Of a stretch of DNA of 64,000 nucleotides, positions 10,672-20,780 are shown one piece after another. Every line of letters starts with the position of its first letter. Position 1 is the stretch's first letter. A program made the position numbers and the translations under genes. The notes beneath the pieces are model-generated. The model worked only from the letters and a program-made list of their open reading frames with translations. It made no database searches and was not told the origin of the DNA. The stretch spans positions 30,628,001 to 30,692,000 of the forward strand of contig NC_092674.1 of assembly GCF_964355755.1 (NCBI RefSeq), given 5' to 3'. This DNA comes from Antedon mediterranea. Its lineage: Eukaryota; Animalia; Echinodermata.

Positions 10672-13600
10672 CATGGCGGTATACCTCCATAGGCGTACTG
10701 TAGTTTTGCACAGAAGGTCTACTATTTTTTAAAGTAGACTTACGTTTCTTTCTTCTATAGATGTAGATCAAACTGTAACATTAAAAAAATAGTTATCCAC
10801 TTTGACCAAAAATTGGATCGAAAAAAGTGTATTTACCTGAAAAAAACTGTAATTTAAAGCATAAAATGGTCAAATTAGCTGCCAGCCAATGGGGTTTTTG
10901 GTTCAAATTAGTTTATTTTGTCATTTTATAAGTGAAAACATTATTTTTTTTTTTTTTGCTTTTCTATGGAAGAGATTAACTTTATTAAAACTACATAATA
11001 ACATATTCAAAGTTTGATTTAATTAATCATTTTATTCAGTTTTTTATCTTTAACAAACATATAGATGAAAAAATGTTAAAACTACAAAATAACATATTCA
11101 AAGTCTGATTTAATTAATCATTTTTCATGTTTTTTCATCTTTAACAAACATAATACTGTATGTTACATTAAAATAGCATATTCATCAAAAGTTTGTTAAG
11201 AATTAATTTTTCAGTGGGACAATACATCTTAAGTGTATTTTTGTGTTTGATTGAGTATCCTGTATTTGCCTGGTAAGACTGGAACATGTGTTCTTACCTG
11301 ATTGTGATCCCAAGCAAGACGGTAACCAGCAAAGCATAAGAAATCAAAGTTCCAAATCCTGCCTTTTGAACCAACTTTTGTGATTTTAACGTTTCTTGGC
11401 AAGATTTCTCTTCTGTCAACGGCCCTTCGCATGTTCTTCCGGAACACGATGCGTATGTAGCGAAGTCTCGTGATCTTAATTGACGGGTTGCATTTTTACA
11501 CGAGGACCAATCGCTCCATTCCATGAAGCTGCAATCGACATCTTCGCACCCACAGCACACTCCACTATATCCATCTCTACAGTCACATTCGTTCTCATGT
11601 GGTTTGAGGACTCCGTTGTTGTAACAGTACTGGTTGCATTCTTTCTGTTCAACAAGGTCTATAGGACAGACAGCACCACCACAAGCTGAATCTTTCATAA
11701 TACTACGTGTACGGAACTGCTTTCCTAAAGGTCCACAATTTTTAGAACACGCTGACCATTTGCTCCAACCACTAATAATGCAATCTTGTATTTTACAGTC
11801 GCAACAAGAACCACTGTATCCATCTTTACAGTCACATCTCTGCTTGATGTCATTAAGTGTCCCGCCATTGTAACAAACCCGATTACAAGATTGCTCCCCA
11901 GATAACATCGAAGGAAGCATAGTTTCACCACAGAGAGACGATCTGTCAATGTCACGTGTTCTGAATCGTTTTCCTAGCGCAACACATGTATGAGAACATG
12001 ACGACCATTGACTCCAAGGAATCATAGCACAGTCCTGTAATTTCACACCACAACACTGTGGACCACTGAACCCATCTGGACATCTGCAAACGTCCTCTGA
12101 CCGAGCCAGAGTACCTTTGTTGTAACAAACGCGGTTACACGATTGCTGCTGAGAATAGACAGATGGACATTCACTTCCATCACACTCTGGTGGCTGTTGG
12201 ATATCTCGTGTTCGAAATCGAGTTCCTAAAGGACCACACTCGTGAGAACATGGTGACCAATCACTCCAATCTGTCATTTCACAATGTTTTATTTCACAAT
12301 CACAACATTTTCCACTATATCTAGAGGAACATCTACAATCAGTTCTGTATTTTACAGTCGCAACAAGCACCACTGTATCCATCTTTACAGTCACATCTCT
12401 GCTTGATGTCATTAGGTGTCCCGCCATTGTAACAAACTCGATTACACGATTGCTCCTCAGATAAAGGAAAAGAGCATGATCCACCACATTCTGCGGGTTG
12501 GTTGACGTCACGAACTTTAAACTGAGTTCCTAAAGCTCCACATGTTTTGGAACAAACTGACCAATCACTCCAAGATGATAGAGAACAACTTTTTACCTTA
12601 CAATCACAACAATCACCAGTGTATTCAGTTGTGCAGACACATTTACCGTCTATGAGTGTTCCTTCATTATAACAAATCCGATTACAAGATTGCTCTTCAG
12701 ATAATGTCGACGGAAGCATGGTTTCACCACAAACAGCCGATCTGTCAATGTCACGTGTTCTGAATCGTTTTCCTAGCGCACCACATGTATGTGAACATGA
12801 CGACCATTGGCTCCAAGGAATCATAGAACAGTTCTGTAATTTTTTCTCACAACACTGACCATCGAACCTATCTGGACATTTGCAAACATCCTCCAGATCA
12901 CCTTTGTTGTAACAAATGCGGTTACACGATTGCTGTTGTGAAAAGACAGATGGACATTCACTTCCACCACACTCTGGTGGCTGTTGGATATCTCGTGTTC
13001 GAAATCGAGTTCCTAAAGGACCACACTCGTGAGAACATGGTGACCAATCACTCCAAGACGATAGTAAGCAGTTTTTTACCGTACAGTTACAACATTCACC
13101 AGTGTATCCAGTTGTGCAGACACATTTACCGTCTATGAGTGTTCCTTCATTATAACAAACACGATTACAAGATTGCTCCTCAGATAATTTCGACGGAAGC
13201 ATGGTTTCACCACAAACATACGATCTGTCAATGTCACGTGTTCTGAATCGTTTTCCTAGCGCACCACATAAATGTGAACATGACGACCATTGGTTCCAAG
13301 GAACCATAGCACAGCGACAACACTGCCCACTGAACCCATCTGGACATCTGCAAACATCCTCCGAGGGAACCAGAGTACCTTTGTTGTGACAAATTAGGTT
13401 GCATTGTTCCTGTTGGGAAAAGACAGCTGGGCATTCACTTCCACCACACTCTGATGACCGCTGGATATCTCGTGTTCGAAATCGAGTTCCTAAAGGACCA
13501 GACTCGTGAGAACATGGTGACCAATCACTCCAATCTGTCATTTCACAATGCGTGATTTCACAATCACAACATTTTCCACTATATCCAGAGGAACATCTAC

Positions 13601-14644
13601 AACCATTGTTGTTTAATAATCCACCATTATAACAGACCCGATTACACGGTTGGTTTTCTAATAAAGAAGAAGAACACAGTCCTCCACATTCCGCTGGTTG
13701 GTAGACGTCACGAATTCTCAACTGAGTTCCTAGAGGACCGCATGTTTCGGAACAAACTGACCAATCACTCCAAGACGATAGTAAGCAGTTTTTTACCGTA
13801 CAGTTACAACATTCACCAGTGTATCCATTTCGGCAATAACATTGGTCGTTTGCAAGTGTTCCGTTATTGTAGCAAAACTGATTACATGGTTGGCTATCTG
13901 CTAAAGAAAAAGAACACGATCCACCACATTTTGCCGGTTCATTGACGTCACGAATTCTAAACTGAGTTCCTAGGGGACCACATGTTTCGGAACAAACTGA
14001 CCAATCACTCCAAGAAGATAGTAAGCAGTTTTTTACCGTACAGTTACAACATTCACCAGTGTATCCATTTCGGCAATAACATTGATCGTTTCCAAGTGTT
14101 CCTTTATTGTAGCAAAACTGATTACATTTCTGGTTTTCTGATAAAGAAAAAGGGCATGATCCACCACGTTCTGCCGGTTGGTGACGTCACGAATTCTAAA
14201 CTGAGTTCCTAAAGCTCCACATGTTTTGGAACAAACTGACCAATCACTCCAAGATGATAGAGAACAACCTTTTACCTTGAAATCACAACAATTACCAGTG
14301 TATTCAGTTGTGCAGACACATTTACCGTCTATGAGTGTTCCTTCATTATAACAAATCCGATTACACCTTTTTTTTTCATAAGATGGTCCTGTACAGGTCG
14401 CACCACCGCACGTTGATTCTTTGTGTATTTTTCTATACCTGTGTTGCATACCCTGTGTCCCGCACTCATGTGAACAGTTGCTCCATGGACTCCACCCTTC
14501 CCATTGACATGCGAATGGAGAGCATTTGTAACTTTTTTTTCCTATAAAAAATCCTGCAAGTAGGCCTAGGCCTATGCCTAAACATAATGCTACTACTACT
14601 GCTACTATAGCTTTGCAACTCCACTTCTTTTTGTTTTCTGCCAT
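10583..14644 (-). pseudogene. TSP1/EGF-repeat membrane protein (13 TSP1 modules, N- and C-terminal TM), disrupted by two frameshifts. Exons 14644-11298 and 10772-10583.
   Basis: WSxWSxCSxxCG-RxR TSP1 modules alternate with CYNxG-C-C-GYxGxCC EGF-like modules. 1-bp deletion at ~14182 (gttggtgacg vs gttggttgacg in the sister module). Frame-shifting deletion at ~12340. The AG|GTAAG donor at 11298 joins the ttacag acceptor at 10772 in frame, giving ...LLGITISLIYIYRRKKRK. Confidence 0.75.
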
Positions 14645-15651
14645 AGTCTAGACAGGTCCTTCCACAATGATACGGTTCACAACTACATTTGAACTTCCGT
14701 GATTGTAATAGTTCTGATAATAAAACTTGGTCAAATATTTACCATGTAATGTTAAATGAAGATCGTTGTTTACACAGTCACCACTCAAGTAGGTGGTATT
14801 AATATTTTGATGCTTTTTAATTTCAACTCTAGAATGAGACCTTATTAACGTCTCTGCGCTCTTTTTCCTCAAGTTTTTTGGTGCCTGGTCTTGTTGGAAT
14901 TTGTGTTTTATTTTTCTTCGTCTGTTTAAGTCCGATTTTACGATAATATAGCTTGCAAGTTGAAATGAAACTGTTTCATATCCATGCAATTATACTATAC
15001 GTCAACAATAATACAACAATATTTGACAAATTACTTTTATTACTGTTCTGCTTTGTAGACAATTATATTATAAAATCAATAAATCAAGATGTATAGTAAA
15101 AGAACCCCCTTTTTTGCACTCTTTTTCAATATTACAGTCGAAGTACTTGATGATACAAGCTTTGGCAAATACAGTATAACATTTTAATAAGTAACATTTA
15201 TAAAAAAGTCAATAATTATTTTTGTTCGAATTAAGTTGAGTACATGAGTATGTACAAGATAACAATCGTGAAGTATGTACAATAATTCCCTGCTATCATT
15301 TATATATTTGCTTTGTGGGCTTCAAATAGGTCTCTGAAAGGCTAAAGTACAGTACCGTAGACTATATACAAAACCAGACCAGACAACGCAACAACGCAGA
15401 CGCAACGCAAGCAAGTTGACCAATGACAAGAGAAAGTTTGAATAATCCATCGCTTGTGATTGGTCAAATCACTTTCTTTGTTACGTACTTAGTGTGTTGC
15501 GTCTCTAGTTGGAATCAAGCATTTGTAAAATATATTGCTGCAGTGCTATAGGCATCTTAAGCACATCAAAACATACCTTAATCTAAAGTCAAATTTTCAA
15601 TTTTTTATAACAATAAATATAATACTAATATAATAATAATTTAAGTAAATT

Positions 15652-15823
15652 GAAGTTAAGTATACCGACCTAACAACGTACTCTCAAGTTAAGTATACCG
15701 ACCTAACAACGTACTCTCAAGTTAAGTATACCGACCTAACAACGTACTCTCAAGTTAAGTATACCGACCTAACAACGTACTCTCAAGTTAAGTATACCGA
15801 CCTAACAACGTACTCTCAAGTTA
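15652..15823. repeat. 33-bp minisatellite, ~5 perfect copies
   Basis: Unit aagttaagtataccgacctaacaacgtactctc. Confidence 0.95.
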
Positions 15824-16093
15824 TACAGTACTAATTAATAGATTTTGTAAAATACAATATTTAAAGTTGTAGCGTTTATATTCTCAATATTGCCTCATTA
15901 AATGCTTTCTCTAAGCTGATTCAGCCTCGAGTCATTTCGTTTCACAGCTCAGTTCATTGTCAATTTTATACAATAAATATTTGTTTCTCACGATTTATTT
16001 ATTTTTTAAGTGTTTAACTTTTACATAATTATAGTGTTATCAATCCTTCTCCATCGTACGCACGTCACACGTTCTTAAAAACATGCCCATAAA

Positions 16094-16212
16094 GGTCTCT
16101 CTACACTATCAAACTATTTATTTATTTATTTATTTTATGGTAGTGATATGACATCATGATGTCCATATATGGGCACAACACATTTTTTTTGTCACATAAC
16201 GTTTGATAGTGT
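16094..16212. mobile_element. Harbinger-like MITE, AGCTCTGTCTACACTATCAAA family (degenerate copy)
   Basis: Shares the ctacactatcaaa...catatatgggcac...tttgatagtgta layout with other copies in the window. Confidence 0.6.
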
Positions 16213-16408
16213 ATGATAGTGATGATAGTGCTTAATGCCAACGAACATGCGCAGAGTGATTTTTGAAGGTCGCTATCCTTTAATAGCAGACTTTTCGTCC
16301 TCAATACTGCTATAGTTGACATACGTAGCAGCACCACCAACATTTCTGAAAAAAAACAAAGTTTTTATAACATTATAAATATTTTTAAAGTAGTTTATAT
16401 CAGCTGCT

Positions 16409-18521
16409 TAGTGGCGGATCCAGGGGGGGGGGCGTACCCTCCGCACGCCCCCTATAAATCTGGATAACAAAAATTGTCCTACCATAAGGGAAAAAAAAGG
16501 GGGGAAAAAGCGTAAAAAAGAGTAAAGTATTTCACTTTTGATTAAAACACATTGTTTTAGCGCCGTGCTAATTTACTTTTTATTAGAGGTCACCATTGCC
16601 GTTGCGGTCCGTAATGTGTTGCGAAATGAATTGCCTATTTTCACCTGAAACGCATTTTGGTCCCTGGATGTAACATGATATTGACGCGTGTATCGTACCC
16701 ATACTCGAGGCACGAACGATTCGTACAAAGGACACCGCCATACAACCGCTTAGGCCTACCTATTGTTTAGTGTATATACCTAAAAAATGGAACGCCGTGG
16801 TTTACCTAGATCATCAACTATAGAGGATTTAATAATAATATAGAACACTAACTGTGGTAACTGTACTGTAGTAGCAACCGATTTTTTTTTCTAGGCCACC
16901 CACCCAACTGTATCAATACCTATTTATATCTATGTATTTAATTTCTTCAACAAATTGATGTAAATAGGCCTAAATATTGAGCTATAAGCATTAAATTTGC
17001 TTCCCCGAGATGTACATTCGCATTGAACTTTTTGAACGCAACGCAATCAAAACTAACTGAGTGAATGAAATCGGCAACAAAATTTTATATCGTTCTGTAA
17101 TTAGTCACGTGTGTTTATTGGAGGGAAAAAGTATGATCGTTTTGCTCATTGGTAGAATGCTACATATGAGGGTGTCTTATCCTGCAAATTAAAGGTGCCA
17201 TTTATCATGAATTTTATGTGCGAGAGTACCATTTCTTCCGGCCATCTGGGGCGTCATTTAACAAAGTTCGCTTCGCCACAGGTCCTGTCGACGGCCCTGG
17301 ACAAGCACCTTTTTCCGCCATGTACGTGCAATTCAAACGCTGACTTGCGCGAAACGTCCTGTTGTGACGCTTTTACTCAAAATAGGCCTATAGGGAAACT
17401 GTCACCCTTTAATAGGCTAGTACCTCAGTTTTCATATTTAAAAAATCAATTTCTATTACATTTATTTAACGTGAGAGTGCCATTTCCGACCATCTAGAGG
17501 TGTTACATTTATCTAACGTGAGAGTGCCATTTCCGACCATCTAGAGGTGTTACATTTATTTAACGTGAGAGTGCCATTTCCGACCATCTAGAGGTGTTAC
17601 ATTTATTTAACGTGAGAGTGCCATTTCCGACCATCTAGGGGTGTTACATTTATTTAACGTGAGAGTGCCATTTCCGACCATCTAGAGGTGTTACATTTAA
17701 CATGAGAGTGCCATTTCCGACCATCTAGAGGTGTTACATTTATTTAACGTGAGAGTGCCATTTCCGACCATCTAGAGGTGTTACATTTAACATGAGAGTG
17801 CCATTTCCGACCATCTAGAGGTGTTACGTTTATTTAATGTGAGAGTGCCATTTCCGACCATCTAGAGGTGTTACATTTATTTAACGTGAGAGTGCCATTT
17901 CCGACCATCTAGAGGTGTTACATTTATTTAACGTGAGAGTGCCATTTCCGACCATCTAGAGGTGTTACATTTAACGTGAGAGTGCCATTTCCGACCATCT
18001 AGAGGTATTACATTTATCTAACGTGAGAGTGCCATTTCCGACCATCTAGAGGTGTTACATTTAACGTGAGAGTGCCATTTCCGACCATCTAGAGGTGTTA
18101 CATTTATTTAACGTGAGAGTGCCATTTCCGACCATCTAGAGGTGTTACATTTAACGTGAGAGTGCCATTTCCGACCATCTAGAGGTGTTACATTTAACGT
18201 GAGAGTGCCATTTCCGACCATCTAGAGGTGTTACATTTATTTAACGTGAGAGTGCCATTTCCGACCATCTAGAGGTGTTACATTTATTTAACGTGAGAGT
18301 GCCATTTCCGACCATCTAGAGGTGTTACATTTAACGTGAGAGTGCCATTTCCGACCATCTAGAGGTGTTACATTTAACGTGAGAGTGCCATTTCCGACCA
18401 TCTAGAGGTATTACATTTATTTAACGCGAGAGTGCCATTTCCGACCATCTAGAGGTGTTACATTTTCAAAATTGCCTCAACTGTGTGGACTCTCTTTCAC
18501 AAAATCCTGGATCTGTCCCTG
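16409..18521. mobile_element. hAT-type non-autonomous element carrying an internal minisatellite
   Basis: Ends tagtggcggatccagg / cctggatctgtccctg. 8-bp TSD cagctgct/ctgctgct (1 mismatch). Confidence 0.7.
17458..18465. repeat. 47/43-bp minisatellite, ~22 copies
   Basis: Unit catt(tatt)taacgtgagagtgccatttccgaccatctagaggtgtta, with two interspersed length variants. Confidence 0.95.
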
Positions 18522-18796
18522 CTGCTGCTTTTAACAAATTGTAAAACGTTCGGCGTATTTCCAAAATCTAAAACAATTTTTTATGACCATTTTCAGGGTA
18601 TTATTTGATAGTGTATGATAGACCTTAAACGGTTAAGATTACGGTGAATTACAATGATTAGGTTGATTAATCATGATGAACGATTATATTATATTCAAAG
18701 GTTTTCTGATGATGATATGCTAATGACCTCTGGTGCTGATAATTTAGAAAGAAAGTGAGCACCAATTGACAGTGAAATCTTAAATTATAAATGGTT

Positions 18797-19744
18797 TTAC
18801 CTTTTATGTCTAGTATAAAATAATAGTGCCATATAAATGAAGCTAATTGTCAACACCACTGCAGTAATAACGTTTAAGGCGATGAATCCTGGCTTTGACA
18901 CCAACACTTTTCCCTTCAAAGCGATACCGCAATTTTGTTCTTCTGTATAAGGTCCTTTACATTTTGTACCTGCGCATTCGGACTCCCGTACAACATCACG
19001 TGACCGTACGCGATTCGTTGCGTTCTCGCACGATGACCATGCAGTCCAGCTACTCAGTTCACAATCTATGTTTTTGCAATCACAGCACTGACCACTGTAT
19101 GTGGTCTTCAGACAATCACAACCTTTTGTTGTCAGTATACCTCCGTTGTAACAAACACGATTGCACGACTGTTCTTCAGTAGTTGGTTTGGAGCATTGTC
19201 CACATACCTCTAGAACATTTCGAACTCTAAATTGGATTCCACTGGCGCCGCATTCCTGTGTACATTCAGACCAGTTACTCCAATTACTGTATTGACACTC
19301 ACTACATCCTTCCTTACACTCTTGTTTTTGAGTGGTTGGTTCTGAGCATGTTCCGCATACTTTAAGTACGTCCCGAACTCTAAATTGAGTACCAGACTTA
19401 CCGCATTCTGGTGAGTAACACTCCGACCAAACACCCCAATCACTGTACTCACATCCACTACATGGTACATTACATGATTGTTCTTCAGTTGTAGGTTCAG
19501 GGCACACATGCGGTCCACATACATCCATCTGGAGTACGTTCCTAACCCTAAATTGAGTTCCTGAAGTCTTACCGCATTCTGACGAGTAGCACGCAGACCA
19601 TGGACCCCAATCACTGTACGTACATCCACTTTTGTGTTCAGACTTTGTCTTACGTATTTTCTCGTAACCCACTCCTCCGAAAAAAAGTCCCAAACCAGCT
19701 ACTACTACGAACAGGAATATTATTGCAATTGCTTTACCGCCCAT
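18797..19744 (-). CDS. TSP1/EGF membrane protein paralog (4 TSP1, 1 EGF, N- and C-terminal TM). Probably spliced at 18801 to a short downstream exon.
   Basis: ATG 19744 MGGKAIAIIFLFVVVAGLGLFFGG. TSP1 WSxW/RxR motifs. The last module and juxtamembrane region (CENATNRVRSR, KVLVSKPGF) match the long paralog (CKNATRQLRSR, QKLVQKAGF). The ORF stop lies within an AG|GTAAAA donor-like site. Confidence 0.8.
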   Translation of the reverse strand: MGGKAIAIIFLFVVVAGLGLFFGGVGYEKIRKTKSEHKSGCTYSDWGPWSACYSSECGKTSGTQFRVRNVLQMDVCGPHVCPEPTTEEQSCNVPCSGCEYSDWGVWSECYSPECGKSGTQFRVRDVLKVCGTCSEPTTQKQECKEGCSECQYSNWSNWSECTQECGASGIQFRVRNVLEVCGQCSKPTTEEQSCNRVCYNGGILTTKGCDCLKTTYSGQCCDCKNIDCELSSWTAWSSCENATNRVRSRDVVRESECAGTKCKGPYTEEQNCGIALKGKVLVSKPGFIALNVITAVVLTISFIYMALLFYTRHKR

Positions 19745-20610
19745 CTTCAATCTAGTATGTGACTACTGCAGAACGTCGACGTCGATCGAATGATTAGAAA
19801 TAAATAGGAATTTCCAAAATCGATAACAATCATTTTCTTTGAGTAGTCTTTTGTACAGACGTACTGTGGTTGAATATTCGACCGTGCTCGACCTACCAAT
19901 TTGGTATATTTCATATACAGAGGGGTTTTAATAACGAGAGAACGAACGAGCACAAGCGAGCAAGATGAAAGCCTGAACAAAAAGACAAGGCCTACAAAAT
20001 AAAACACCACAAATATGTATTTAATATTATATAGCTTCGAATTTACAAGTTTAAGAAACTATCAGGGTGTTAAAAATATAACGATATCTTTACTCCATGG
20101 ATATAGGTACTGTAATAATGATTTGTAATGTATTCACTAGACTTTGTCTTACGTATTTTCTCGTAACCCACTCCTCCGAAAAAAAGTCCCAAACCAGCTA
20201 CTACTACGAACAGAAATATTATTGCAATTGCTTTACCGCCCATCTTCTATCTAGTATGTGACTACTGCGCAGAACGTCGACGTCGATCGAATGATTAGAA
20301 ATAAATAGGAATTTCCAAAATCGATAACAATCATTTTCTTTGAGTAGTCTTTTGTACAGACGTACTGTGGTTGAATATTCGACCGTGCTCGACCTACCAA
20401 TTTGGTATATTTCATATACAGAGGGGTTTTAATAACGAGAGAACGAACGAGCACAAAAGCGAGCAAGATGAAAGCCTGAACAAAAAGACAAGGCCTACAA
20501 AATAAAACACCACAAATATGTATTTAATATTATATAGCTTCGAATTTACAAGTTTAAGAAACTATCAGGGTGTTAAAAATATAACGATATAGGTACTGTA
20601 ATGATTTGTA
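19640..20610. repeat. ~499-bp tandem segmental duplication (19640-~20127 / 20139-~20610)
   Basis: Near-identical sequence starting agactttgtcttacg in both copies. It contains the first 35 codons of the TSP1 gene and its upstream region. Confidence 0.95.
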
Positions 20611-20780
20611 TTCGTTCCAAGATGGTAAGAAGCGTTCAGAATGTTGTGATGATACTTCTCTGTGTTCTTTGGCCGCCGCAGCCGAAACGACCATCAACAA
20701 CAAGGTCTAGGCCTAGTAGTAGTAGGCCTAGTCGTGTGGGCATTGTCAGTGGTAAAATACCACTTTTATTAACTGAGCAA

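Noticed and set aside
12345-14036. Exitron splicing that would rescue the frameshifted TSP1 gene
   Set aside because: A phase-compatible GT/AG pair exists, but the acceptor has no polypyrimidine tract and the product would retain ~48 out-of-frame residues.
14648-14989. 113-aa ORF upstream of the long TSP1 gene
   Set aside because: TTG start, no domain features and no equivalent in the paralog.
15652-15823. 33-bp repeat, and the other arrays, as CRISPR
   Set aside because: Units are directly adjacent with no unique spacers, there are no cas genes, and the context is eukaryotic.
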